Positions 48,245 through 57,971 of a DNA stretch of 64,000 nt are shown piece by piece. The notes beneath the pieces were generated by a model that ran no database searches, was not told the DNA's origin, and worked only from the letters and a program-made list of their open reading frames with translations. The stretch spans positions 150,026 through 214,025 of the forward strand of contig JBAZYF010000003.1 of assembly GCA_041659505.1 (NCBI GenBank). The letters run 5' to 3'. Numbering within the stretch: the stretch's first letter is position 1; each line of letters begins with the position of its first letter. The position numbers and the translations under genes are program-made. The DNA comes from Parcubacteria group bacterium. GTDB taxonomy: Bacteria; Patescibacteriota; Minisyncoccia; Moranbacterales; UBA2206.

Positions 48245-49432
48245 CTATGCCCGCTCATATGCGAGTTTAAGTTCATCGCCATTTCCATGTTTCCGACCAA
48301 CCTTCGTCCGATAGACCCATTCGCCATTTTCCTTCACATGGGAAATATCGGAAGTGAACATTGCAAAACGGATCCAGGATCCGGTTCCGATAAAATCCAT
48401 CGGGGCATTAACCTTTTTGAAGGCAGCAACTTTCTTTTTGTTGAAGCCGGAACTAACAACGATTTTCACATTGTTGGCACCGATGCTGTCAAGATAGTCC
48501 CTAATGACAAAAGTTGCTTCTGCCGTAACGCCGTTTCCGAAGAAATATTTTTCAGATGTACCGATTTCCATGCCGTACTTATTTTCAAAGACGCGCATGG
48601 TGCTATTCAGAATCAGCCCTGTTTTTTTCCGGAAATAGCTTTCCAGCATATGAAAATCAGTCGGATCATGCGTTCCCTGTAGCTGTCTTCCGCCGTGCGT
48701 GTCAAGGCGGACCGCAAACAGCTTGTCGCCGAAAACCTCAAACGCCTGTTTGGCCACATCAAGCTCGCGACCTTCGAAATCAACAAGCACCGTGATGGGT
48801 TTGTTCGGATATGTCTCATGAAACAGCATGGCTGCCGCTACACTGGGAAAGATGTTTTCTTCTTCGGCCATATGGGAAACGACTGCAGCCATAGCATGCG
48901 GAAGAGAAGCATAAAGTCTGAAGGCATCTCCCGGGTTATAGAATCTTTGCACGTAGTTGTATCCGGCCTGAGTCGATGTACCGGCTGCGCCGCCGAGATA
49001 AGCTGCCAGCGCCGCTTCCTCAATGATATTCCACGGAAAATGCCGTGCTGACATATCAACGACCGGAATGGCTCCGGCCACATCGACAATTTCTTTCATC
49101 GCCGTCGCCGCTCCGCTGTAACTGAGAAATCCCAGATAAGTGGTTTCCAGATTAACCAGCTCCATAAACAGACCCTCAATGATCAAAACGGGATCACCCG
49201 ATTTGAAAGCTTCACCATCTTTGAGCGCCATGATTCTCAGCGGCCCAAAAGTATTTTCGGAAATGAAAGCCACGGCCCGGTTACTGCCGGCAACAATGCC
49301 ATCTTCCCGTGCAAACACCTTGTAGCGGACCACTGTGGCAATCAAGTTGGGATTCCGAAGAACGATATCCCGGCAATTGTTGAAATACTGATCTGCGATT
49401 TTGACTGTTTCCATCGATTCTCTCCTTTGCAT
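48245..49432 (-). CDS. Nicotinate/nicotinamide phosphoribosyltransferase family protein
   Basis: Type II PRTase (NAPRTase) family by length (395 aa) and its context among NAD salvage genes. Whether the substrate is nicotinate or nicotinamide cannot be decided from sequence. Confidence 0.65.
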   Translation of the reverse strand: MQRRESMETVKIADQYFNNCRDIVLRNPNLIATVVRYKVFAREDGIVAGSNRAVAFISENTFGPLRIMALKDGEAFKSGDPVLIIEGLFMELVNLETTYLGFLSYSGAATAMKEIVDVAGAIPVVDMSARHFPWNIIEEAALAAYLGGAAGTSTQAGYNYVQRFYNPGDAFRLYASLPHAMAAVVSHMAEEENIFPSVAAAMLFHETYPNKPITVLVDFEGRELDVAKQAFEVFGDKLFAVRLDTHGGRQLQGTHDPTDFHMLESYFRKKTGLILNSTMRVFENKYGMEIGTSEKYFFGNGVTAEATFVIRDYLDSIGANNVKIVVSSGFNKKKVAAFKKVNAPMDFIGTGSWIRFAMFTSDISHVKENGEWVYRTKVGRKHGNGDELKLAYERA

Positions 49433-49697
49433 TTGGCTGAATGATATTTCAAAATAAATATTTGGCAGAATTTCTCTGCAAACACAAAAACTTCCACATT
49501 ATTGATTTCAACATCCGGCTGAAAAATATTTTTCGACAATCTCCTTTCGTTCGATTGATGAATTGAGTTTTAAGGTACTCTTCCGCCTCAACCGAAGTTG
49601 AAGCGAGAAAACTGGAACCAAATATCTTTCGTTACAATTTTCTGGGCGGGGAGAAAACGAAATTGCTTTCTCCCCGCACTGTTCTTGTTTGAAAAAA

Positions 49698-50768
49698 TCA
49701 GAGACAATACCCCGCCTTCTGAACCATTGCCAATTGTTGGAAAGCTAAACCCTTTTCCTTCACAAAACTTTCGGTGTATAGCCAGACTTCGGTCAAAGCT
49801 TTGGAAGACAGCAACCAAGCCGACAATACTTGCGGTGGCATTGAAAACTCAAGCAGGAATGGCTGACAGGAGCCACCTTTTTTGTGACCCTTTTTGGGAT
49901 CCTTGGGCGAAAAAACTCCGAGGGATTTCATCTGGGTCAGCACACCATTCACGCGGACTGGTGTCGGTTCAAGATATCTTTCCAAGAGTTCAATCGTGAG
50001 GCCAGTTTTCAATTTCGCTTGCCGAACCGCGGCACTTTCCGGATTTTCATACATCCGAATGGCACCACCAGGCACTGCCAATGCTCCGGGAAAGTCAGGT
50101 TTTTTTCGGCTGCGATAACCGCAGATGATTGAATTTTTTCCTTCATAGCGATTGACGATGATAGCATCGACTGCTTGGCGTCCTTCCACGAACTGATTCA
50201 CGTCATGCTCGAGCGCCTGGCAGATTCCTTCAAATCCATTGACTGCGCCCATAAGTTGAAGTGTTCCCGGTGCCGCCACTTTCCTGAAACCTTCCCAATC
50301 GCCTCTCTCAATCATTTCCCGCATATCGGTGGAATGGAAAGGAAATTGATATTGTCTCGGCAATTCCATTTCAGGATTGAAAATTCTTTCGAAAGGAATC
50401 GGTAGTTTGCGTGCATAGATCTGGTCAGTGATCATCGCGGTATTGCCAGTCACGAGCCACTTGGCATTGTAGCGTTTTTGCAATTTCAGGATATGCCCAT
50501 ACCATTTCTCAAAATCATGGAAATCGGGCAGATGGATGACCGGCACGCGATCGATATTAATGCCCCGAGCAACAAGACTGGCCAGATACATCTTTTCCCG
50601 ATAGACAGCCGAAAGGGGGTGTTTCTTCATTCCCTGACAATAAACACTGCCCATGACGATCAGAACTCGGTCAAATTCCTCCTCTTTCAAAAGATATTCA
50701 ACATTGATGATATGCCCCCAATGAGGCGGGTCAAGTTTGCCGATAAACATGGCTGTTCTTTGCGACAT
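49698..50768 (-). CDS. nadM: Bifunctional NMN adenylyltransferase (archaeal NadM-type) / Nudix ADP-ribose pyrophosphatase
   Basis: N-terminal (H/T)xGH nucleotidyltransferase motif (GKLDPPHWGHI) and a C-terminal Nudix segment (PGGAIRMYENPESAAVRQAKLKTGL). Confidence 0.75.
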   Translation of the reverse strand: MSQRTAMFIGKLDPPHWGHIINVEYLLKEEEFDRVLIVMGSVYCQGMKKHPLSAVYREKMYLASLVARGINIDRVPVIHLPDFHDFEKWYGHILKLQKRYNAKWLVTGNTAMITDQIYARKLPIPFERIFNPEMELPRQYQFPFHSTDMREMIERGDWEGFRKVAAPGTLQLMGAVNGFEGICQALEHDVNQFVEGRQAVDAIIVNRYEGKNSIICGYRSRKKPDFPGALAVPGGAIRMYENPESAAVRQAKLKTGLTIELLERYLEPTPVRVNGVLTQMKSLGVFSPKDPKKGHKKGGSCQPFLLEFSMPPQVLSAWLLSSKALTEVWLYTESFVKEKGLAFQQLAMVQKAGYCL

Positions 50769-50892
50769 CCGGAACTCCTTTCCGCAAAATTGCGCTTGGA
50801 TTTTTCTCTGATCAATTCTTTAAGGTTAAAGTACTGATTTGAAAAAAATACTTTCAAAAATTCTGGCTATTCTATTGTTAAGTGGTTGAAAA

Positions 50893-50936
50893 AATTGGAT
50901 CCGGAGCCGAGCAAGATTTTTCTCGCTCGACTCCGA
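50893..50936 (-). terminator. Rho-independent terminator after the vWA gene
   Basis: Two-segment stem CGGAG/CTCCG plus CGAGC/GCTCG, followed by a T-run on the minus strand. Confidence 0.5.
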
Positions 50937-50959
50937 ATGTTGATGTTCGTTGAAAGGTA

Positions 50960-51790
50960 CTATGACTGGTCCCAGAAGCCGCCCGTGGTCGGAGTTCCGA
51001 CAGTCTTCAGGCTTCCGCTGATAACCTGACTGGAAAGAGTGCCGATCATGTGTCGGAAACGTCTCTGAATATCTTCCGTGGTTTCACCGGCGACCTTCTT
51101 GAATTCGAAGACATCAAACCCCGTGTCCTTAGCAATTTTTCTGCCATCGACCTTTTCCCAGGTTTCAAAAACGGCAAATGGGAATTGAAAGAGCTCACGG
51201 CTGAGGCCATCGACGAGTGTCTTAACGGAACTGGCCTTGGCCCGTCCCACATTGTCAGCCCCATCACCCAGACCGACGATAATGACTTTGGGTGGCGTAC
51301 CCGTCTGTGAAAAAACATCGGTGGCTTGAGCGCAGGCTGCCGTAATGGCATAGACCTGGGCCTGATACTGATTCGTTGCTGAGCCGGCTTCGGGATCATA
51401 ATCTGCATGAGTCAGATACGGCAGATCTTCAAGTCTTTTGAACCCACCGCCCCAAAGCGGAGTGATGTCAGAGCTGAATGATAGACCACCGATAATGATC
51501 GTTTTGGTCGTCTTTTTGGACGCTCCACGTAATCCATCAATCATAACTTCATTGAACGTCTCAATCAGAACATCCCGGACGTCTTTCATGGACGGTGATC
51601 GGTCGATACAAAAAAACATGATGATCACGTCCTCGGTCTCAATCGTCTGAATGGGCACACCCACGCACATCGGCAGGGTCGTCGCATTCAGATTGGCAAT
51701 CATAATTTTCGAAGTATCGTCTTTGATCCCCAGGTCTGCTGCATCGTCTGTGTTAAACAGATCTGTTACGGACTGAACTGTTGTTGTCAT
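50960..51790 (-). CDS. von Willebrand factor A (vWA) domain protein, TerY-like
   Basis: MIDAS motif DRSPSM (DxSxS); 276 aa. Confidence 0.7.
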   Translation of the reverse strand: MTTTVQSVTDLFNTDDAADLGIKDDTSKIMIANLNATTLPMCVGVPIQTIETEDVIIMFFCIDRSPSMKDVRDVLIETFNEVMIDGLRGASKKTTKTIIIGGLSFSSDITPLWGGGFKRLEDLPYLTHADYDPEAGSATNQYQAQVYAITAACAQATDVFSQTGTPPKVIIVGLGDGADNVGRAKASSVKTLVDGLSRELFQFPFAVFETWEKVDGRKIAKDTGFDVFEFKKVAGETTEDIQRRFRHMIGTLSSQVISGSLKTVGTPTTGGFWDQS

Positions 51791-51892
51791 CTTGTGTTCT
51801 CCTTCTCATTTTCAGAATTTCAGAATAATGTTGGGACGGCGGAAGCGGTTGCTCCCGCCATCGATTCGTTAACGTTTTTCCTGATGCAATAA

Positions 51893-53584
51893 TCAGGCGA
51901 ACAGCTTGGTGCTGGTAGTCACCTGGATGCCCTGGCTGGCCATCCGTCTCAGGAACTCATCAGCGATCCTCCGGTTGTTCGGAAAAACCATACTCGTGCA
52001 GTCCGTCAGGAATTTCACCTTCTGGAGCGCCTGGGGATGTTTTCTCGCGAAGTAGGAAAGAAGCTGGACCATACTGTCATGGACGCAGAAATCCTCGGCC
52101 TCGCCGGCAACACCGACCACATCATAGCGAGCAATCGCATCCAGCATGGCAGTGTTCAACCCGCCATTGGGATGATTGGGACGCTCGATACAGGGGCAGA
52201 AAATTCCATAGTGTTCGGTCGTTGGGACCGAACCCTTGAACAGGAACATCGGTTGTTCCTTCCGAACAATGCTCCACCAATAGATCGCTTCTACCAGCGC
52301 CGGCATCAGCGATCCGCCTTGAGTGCCGACACCGCAATGGTCCGGCCAAATCATGAGCGGGGTCTGATTGTTTTTCTCGAGATCGCCCGGATAGGACTCG
52401 GCTTCTTTGGTAGGCTCGATTCTTGCCCGCATTTCTCCACTGGCAACCATCGAGGCCAAAATCTGCGTGAACACCATTGGATTCTGGTTGGCCTTGTCCT
52501 TCCAATAACGGGAGAAAAAGATTTGCCAGACCAAATGCATGTCCATCGAAAGCAGAAGCGCCGAGATTTTTTCCGGGTATAGATAGATCAGTTCGATGAA
52601 ACGACGCAAATCGTCCACCGCACCGGATACCATCAGCGATCCCGCGGGCTGAAGAATTCTTCCCATGAGGTCCTTAATTTCCTGAAGAATGAAGTCGGTC
52701 TGCATATCAATTCCGACCAGCAGAGTCTTCACCCTATCACTTGATGCGGGTGGAAGATTCATGCGCTTGGCTTCGTCCTCAACCCAGTCGAGCCTTGGCA
52801 AATAGAATCTGCCTGCATCAGCTGGATCATAATATGCCGGCATCTGACGCCCGCGTAATGTTATCCCGGATTTTCTGGGACGAACGGCGGCCGGCAATTC
52901 AGCCTGGAAGTTGATGACTTCACAGTCATACAATTCCGTCAGCTTGCAGTTGGGGGCGATATATTCTTTCATGCCCCGAACACCCTTGTCGTCATAAGTA
53001 TACCCATCGCCCTTGTACTGCTCGCGCAGATGGACGACGAAATACAGGAATGCCCGGGCGTTTGTTGCTGTGTCCGCTGCTTTCTCATAACGCTCATAAG
53101 TCATGAACGCCGGATTTGCTTTTCCTTCGTGATCGACCACGGACATATCACAGCCATAATCATTTTCGAATTCATCAAATGAGGTGTTCTTGAGGACATC
53201 GGCGTGACGGCGCAGGCGATCGGCAATATCCGGATACGCTCTCGAAGTCACTTCGATCATCCCGTCCCAGGTCGCGAGCTGTGCCGGTCCGCCTTCGCGG
53301 AACACGACCAGTTTGACTTCATATCCATCCTGAATTTTCTGGATCGCATAGCCGGGTTCCCACCCGATTTTGATGAGAATCAAAAATCCGGGGGTGCCGA
53401 CCAATGATGCCAGGCCTTCGGGATCTGTCAGCAAAATTAACTTTCTGTCGGGATCTTCGCTCAGGGTTTCAAAATCCTTGGCGCTTCTCCCACGGATCAC
53501 GCGGCCCAAAAGGCCCTGCGTGGTCACTTCTCCAAGGAAGCCTCTTCTGAATGCATTTGCGTACTGATGAACTTGTGTCGTCAT
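51893..53584 (-). CDS. Fusion protein: unknown N-terminal 290-aa domain plus C-terminal nicotinamidase/isochorismatase-family (PncA-like) cysteine hydrolase
   Basis: The C-terminal half has LLVGIDMQTDF, MIWPDHCGVGTQGG and VVGVAGEAEDFCVHDS, which align with E. coli PncA LLVDLQNDF, WPDHCVQNSEG and IVMGLATDYCVKFT. The N-terminal half is unrecognised. Confidence 0.7.
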   Translation of the reverse strand: MTTQVHQYANAFRRGFLGEVTTQGLLGRVIRGRSAKDFETLSEDPDRKLILLTDPEGLASLVGTPGFLILIKIGWEPGYAIQKIQDGYEVKLVVFREGGPAQLATWDGMIEVTSRAYPDIADRLRRHADVLKNTSFDEFENDYGCDMSVVDHEGKANPAFMTYERYEKAADTATNARAFLYFVVHLREQYKGDGYTYDDKGVRGMKEYIAPNCKLTELYDCEVINFQAELPAAVRPRKSGITLRGRQMPAYYDPADAGRFYLPRLDWVEDEAKRMNLPPASSDRVKTLLVGIDMQTDFILQEIKDLMGRILQPAGSLMVSGAVDDLRRFIELIYLYPEKISALLLSMDMHLVWQIFFSRYWKDKANQNPMVFTQILASMVASGEMRARIEPTKEAESYPGDLEKNNQTPLMIWPDHCGVGTQGGSLMPALVEAIYWWSIVRKEQPMFLFKGSVPTTEHYGIFCPCIERPNHPNGGLNTAMLDAIARYDVVGVAGEAEDFCVHDSMVQLLSYFARKHPQALQKVKFLTDCTSMVFPNNRRIADEFLRRMASQGIQVTTSTKLFA

Positions 53585-53680
53585 TGTTCGTTACTCCTTT
53601 TCTTGAGTTGGGATTTTACTGCGATTATTTTTCATTATATACAGATTTACCAAAAAAACTTTCACCACCGACATCCCAAA

Positions 53681-55648
53681 CTATTTGGAATCCGGCGTCA
53701 GATAGAGAATCCGATCACGACTGATTACCAGGACCCCATTTTGATAGCGGAGCAACTGGGAAACGCCGGTGACATAATTCTCTGTTCCGGGAAGGTTTGA
53801 CGTGCTTTGGTCAGCCACTATTTCCATCACGATTCCGTCATCGGTTGCGTGAAGGACAGAGTGACCAAGATAGCCCTTGCCATGGATTGAACTGTACAGC
53901 TTGGCATCAGACACTTTCTGGCGATATGAGCTGAGCACCTTTCCACTCTTCGCTTCAAGTTGCTCGACCCGTACATATTTCGTACCGGAAAGTTTCGTTT
54001 GCCGCATCACAAGCACCGTGTCATTACTGAACCGGACTGAAGTGTCGATGAGTGATTCGGCTTTCAATAGTGCCGAAAGCTCGACATTATGGCGGTCGTA
54101 GGTTCGTCCATCAGGAGCGCCCTCGACCAGGAACCATTTCAACTCATCAAACATCCGATAACACCCGAACAGCAGTTCCTTTTTCAGTTCCGGATTGGAA
54201 CCGACAACGAACCAGGTCTGATTGGGCATCGCCTCAATCACTTCACGTTCCGCCAAGTGATCTCCGAAAAGATCGCCTGACATGATTTTATTGCTCACGA
54301 TGCGATACAATCTGCGACTGGAACAGCCGAAGACCGCACTACTGCCACCGAACTTGGAAGTGGTGGATTTCGTGATCGGCTTGATTTTGGCACCGCTGAC
54401 ATCCAGCAGAAAAAGTTTTGGTTCTTCTTCGGATGGCTTCGGGCAAACAACCAGGGTCTCTTCGAAAAATTCATAGCGCGCTCCGACAGTTGTGGCAAAT
54501 AATTCCTTTCGCTCAATCACTCCCCTAGGTGGTTGGATATACAACACCGTCGTACCGGCTTCATCAGCCAGACAATAGATACTGTCACCGACCAGCTGGA
54601 AATGCAGGATTGCTCCCGGAGTTTCCAGAATGATCCGACTGACACAACCAGCCACTTTCGCGGCCATTTGAGCGGCCATGATTGTTTTAGTTGCGCAACC
54701 AGGACAGTTGCTCCGAGTCGCCGGATACCAGATGTGACAATTGCTGCATTCCACCAGCAGCTCGCTGTATTCGCGCAAAGCATCGATCGGAAATGAATCC
54801 GTGCGTTGCCGCTTGAGATACGCGAGGAGCAGATTGATCAGATCATCAGTCATAATTTCCGGCGGGTTTGCCATTTTGGGAAACCGCACATCCTTGTCGA
54901 GAATGGTCAGGCCATGCTTGGCTCTTTCGAACAGGGAAACGTGCGAACGATGGAAACCACTCCCGAAGGGGTGCGCCATCATGATCGCCCGGAACAAGAG
55001 TACCGCAAAAGAGTAGTAATCATGTTCGGGCTTGAACATCGCTTGCTTCGCCAGATCGATCCCATACAGCTCCGGCGTCAGATAATCATCCGAACCGACA
55101 CTGCAAGGAAAGTTGTTGCCAATCTGCCAGCTATCCGCATCAATCCAATAAATCAGTAATTTATGCAGATCAAAATGCTGGTTCTGATCATTGAGATCAC
55201 CCACTGTCGTATTACCAGCCTTATGAATGCCATCAAGACCCATAAGCATATTGCAAAAGATCTTGGCTTTCATCTGGTTGGTGACGCGATACTGAGTGCA
55301 GAAATCCTGCCGCATCAGCATCGCCAATGGTTCGGCACCGGTTGGCATCAAACTCATCTGGAAACCAATAATCCCCTTGTCAGTTTTATTCCGATAAACC
55401 GGAGCTTCCGGCCCGAAGACTGTTTCAGGGAATTTCAATCCCTTCTGAAAAATGTAGCCTAGCTTTTCTGATCTTGCCGCTGTCGGTTGGTGATACAGCT
55501 TCAGAGCCTTATTGCCACCAACGCCGATGATAACCGCTTCGCCACCTGAACCGATGACTTGCGACTGATCAATATCGACACGCTGGCGATCCTGTCCTTG
55601 ACCGACATAGCAATCTCTATTCTTAACCGTACTTTTAGCTACTGCCAT
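53681..55648 (-). CDS. Ser/Thr protein kinase-like domain, zinc ribbon, and a C-terminal beta-rich domain
   Basis: Gly-rich loop VIGSGGEAVII, catalytic-loop-like VGDLNDQN, DADS (DFG-like), YLTPELY (APE-like), ribbon CSNCH...CPGC. The start at 55648 has a perfect AAGGAGG Shine-Dalgarno and overlaps the PP2C stop by 14 nt. The track ORF extends to 55759. Confidence 0.65.
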   Translation of the reverse strand: MAVAKSTVKNRDCYVGQGQDRQRVDIDQSQVIGSGGEAVIIGVGGNKALKLYHQPTAARSEKLGYIFQKGLKFPETVFGPEAPVYRNKTDKGIIGFQMSLMPTGAEPLAMLMRQDFCTQYRVTNQMKAKIFCNMLMGLDGIHKAGNTTVGDLNDQNQHFDLHKLLIYWIDADSWQIGNNFPCSVGSDDYLTPELYGIDLAKQAMFKPEHDYYSFAVLLFRAIMMAHPFGSGFHRSHVSLFERAKHGLTILDKDVRFPKMANPPEIMTDDLINLLLAYLKRQRTDSFPIDALREYSELLVECSNCHIWYPATRSNCPGCATKTIMAAQMAAKVAGCVSRIILETPGAILHFQLVGDSIYCLADEAGTTVLYIQPPRGVIERKELFATTVGARYEFFEETLVVCPKPSEEEPKLFLLDVSGAKIKPITKSTTSKFGGSSAVFGCSSRRLYRIVSNKIMSGDLFGDHLAEREVIEAMPNQTWFVVGSNPELKKELLFGCYRMFDELKWFLVEGAPDGRTYDRHNVELSALLKAESLIDTSVRFSNDTVLVMRQTKLSGTKYVRVEQLEAKSGKVLSSYRQKVSDAKLYSSIHGKGYLGHSVLHATDDGIVMEIVADQSTSNLPGTENYVTGVSQLLRYQNGVLVISRDRILYLTPDSK

Positions 55649-56456
55649 GGTCGCCTCCTTTGGGCTCTGTCGATAATCCGACTCCGTCACCGGAATTGAG
55701 ACTGCCGACCAGCTCACCGCTTGCCGAAATTTTTTCCACGATGATTGCACTGCAATCATCTTTGAAAATAAGCTTACGAAGCGAGAGGACTTTCAACGCC
55801 CGCTGCACTCCCAGTTTATCTTCCGTGTGACCCCAAAGGGCGCCCGCTGCTTCCGGCAACATGCCGTCAGAGCAAACTGCGAAACGATTGATAAAACTCA
55901 TCTGATAAGTCTGCACCATGAAGGCATCCGGCACGATTCCGTCTTTGGCTGTCAGATATTTGCGGTCAACTAAATGGTACCCCAAATATCTCGGCTTGTT
56001 GTCTTGATCAATCTGTATGAATTGATCATTAATGACAAGCACCCCATCCCCGGCTGAGAAGAATATGACTCTCTCGTTGTCCGTAATAAATCCGATGATG
56101 GTACAGAGTAGATGGTTGATGATAAAGTTAATCCTTTTGATCGGATCACCTATACTGGTCATCGACGCTATCGCCGAAAGATATCCGATGCAACGCGAGA
56201 ACAGTGCTCCAGGAATTTCTTCCATCGGTACGCCGACCTGCAACATCATTGGAATCTCACTGGCAATATAGCTGACCATGAGATGTGCTCCCGTTTCATT
56301 ACGCGCACCGGCCGAGCAACCATCACAGACTACCCCAAAGGTGTAATTCGTCTTTTCGACGGTTACACGATCGAAATAAAGACTGTCCTGGTTGTTTTTT
56401 CCGACGCGCTTATGATCGTTTCCCGGGAACGACGCGATTCTGAACCGATAATCCAT
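55635..56456 (-). CDS. PP2C-family Ser/Thr protein phosphatase
   Basis: Metal-binding motifs VCDGCSAG, FSAGDGVL and VCSDGM; 273 aa. Confidence 0.7.
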   Translation of the reverse strand: MDYRFRIASFPGNDHKRVGKNNQDSLYFDRVTVEKTNYTFGVVCDGCSAGARNETGAHLMVSYIASEIPMMLQVGVPMEEIPGALFSRCIGYLSAIASMTSIGDPIKRINFIINHLLCTIIGFITDNERVIFFSAGDGVLVINDQFIQIDQDNKPRYLGYHLVDRKYLTAKDGIVPDAFMVQTYQMSFINRFAVCSDGMLPEAAGALWGHTEDKLGVQRALKVLSLRKLIFKDDCSAIIVEKISASGELVGSLNSGDGVGLSTEPKGGDHGSS

Positions 56457-56940
56457 TCCTTTTCTTCCTCCCTATATAAGTGATTTTTCTTCGTAAAATC
56501 TGTTTTTCCAATTCTTCAATTTGTCAATGATCTTTCAGCCAAATAATCGCCTCACAGAAGTGCAAACCGCATTTTTAACTGAACTCCGAAAGATACATCA
56601 TACTTCTAGATTTGTCAATACCCCTTACACTCAAAACCTCCCATTCCCAAATCATATTAATCACCCGATTTCGACTCAGTGATAATTCGTATCCTACCCA
56701 GACCAAGATAATAGATACGTTTTTAAAGAACTGCATTGGCCTGATAGCACGCTTCTATTGATTAAAAGCGCCCTATCAAGTCAAGATTTCTTATATTTCT
56801 TTTTTGAATCTGGGAAAAGTGCCACTTAATAGAAACTACAATATCAACGAGTCTTTCCAGCTATGTTCACGTATTTTTTACACTTACTATTATGAAAATA
56901 AAAACAGGAGAAACTGACTGCAAAAAACCTCCGAAACGGA

Positions 56941-57609
56941 TCATAAGATCTGGATCATACTTGCCTTCTTTTGGGTAAAGGTATATAAATCAGCCGGTCT
57001 GCTCGGAAGACCCTTTCTTTGTTTTCCGCTCTTTTTTACTATTCCCAACGAGAGAATCCTTTTTCTAAAATTTCGTTTGTCCAGTTTCTTTTGCAAAATG
57101 ATCTGATAAATGTTTTGTAATTCGCTCAGCGCGAAAGTTTCAGATAGTAGACCATAGGCGATGTTTGTGTATTCTAATTTGGCTTTTAGACGGCCGATTG
57201 CCGTTGCGATTATCTCCGCATGATCATACGCCAGCGCCGGAAATTTACTTATCGGAAACCACTGAACTCCAGCATATTCTTCCGTAGTTTTCAGATCAAG
57301 ATTGCCCCAGGGAATTAGGGCAAAATAGGCGACGGAAACCACCCTCCCAAACGGATCGCGATCTACTTCGCCAAAAGTATAGAGCTGCTCCAGATAAACA
57401 TCACCTAAGCCCGTTTTTTCCAACAGAATCCTCTTGGCTGCGTCATTAGTCGATTCTTCAGGACCAACTAGTCCGCCAGGCGCCGCCCAATATTTTTCAA
57501 ACGGCTTTTTTTTCATCTTAATCAGCAACACCTGAAGCTCATTATCAATGATAGTGAAAATTACCACATCAACCGCTATAACCGCAAATTTGTATTTTTT
57601 TGTAATCAT
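56941..57609 (-). CDS. nrtR: NrtR-like regulator (Nudix-like ADP-ribose-binding domain plus C-terminal winged helix)
   Basis: 222 aa with an N-terminal Nudix fold (AAPGGLVGPEES) and a C-terminal wHTH-like region. NrtR-family proteins regulate NAD salvage genes. Confidence 0.55.
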   Translation of the reverse strand: MITKKYKFAVIAVDVVIFTIIDNELQVLLIKMKKKPFEKYWAAPGGLVGPEESTNDAAKRILLEKTGLGDVYLEQLYTFGEVDRDPFGRVVSVAYFALIPWGNLDLKTTEEYAGVQWFPISKFPALAYDHAEIIATAIGRLKAKLEYTNIAYGLLSETFALSELQNIYQIILQKKLDKRNFRKRILSLGIVKKSGKQRKGLPSRPADLYTFTQKKASMIQIL

Positions 57610-57920
57610 ACTATTTAAATATGCTTCCCCACTTAGTGTTATATATACACATATTAATTCATCTTCTCATTTGTGTCAAGAGCGCCCATGCGCAACTGCT
57701 CAAAGAATGCCAAGCTGATAGTAGTGACATTTCCAAGTAAAAAGTCAACTTGTTTCAGGTCATTTCAAACTCCTCTTTGAACCACCCAGAAATTTCGCCT
57801 TTCCGTATTTCTTCTTTTTCTACCCGGCGAAATTCGCCATGCTTATATTCTTTCTGTCCACTTAGCTTTAGACTAGACACAAAACAGCACAGGGAGCTGA
57901 GTTCCTTTTTTGCCACAAAA

Positions 57921-57957
57921 AAAGCGCTTAACTCATGGCTAGGCGCTTTTTCTTAGA
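57921..57957. terminator. Bidirectional terminator (AAAAAAAGCGCTTA...TAGGCGCTTTTTCTT)
   Basis: Hairpin with an A-run on the 5' side and a T-run on the 3' side, just downstream of the cupin gene. Confidence 0.55.
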
Positions 57958-57971
57958 CATGGGAAGAATAA

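Noticed and set aside
48245-49432. Calling the PRTase specifically NadV/Nampt or the phage Namat enzyme
   Set aside because: At 395 aa it is short for NadV (about 470-490 aa), and substrate specificity cannot be read from the sequence by eye. It is left as a nicotinate/nicotinamide PRTase family member.
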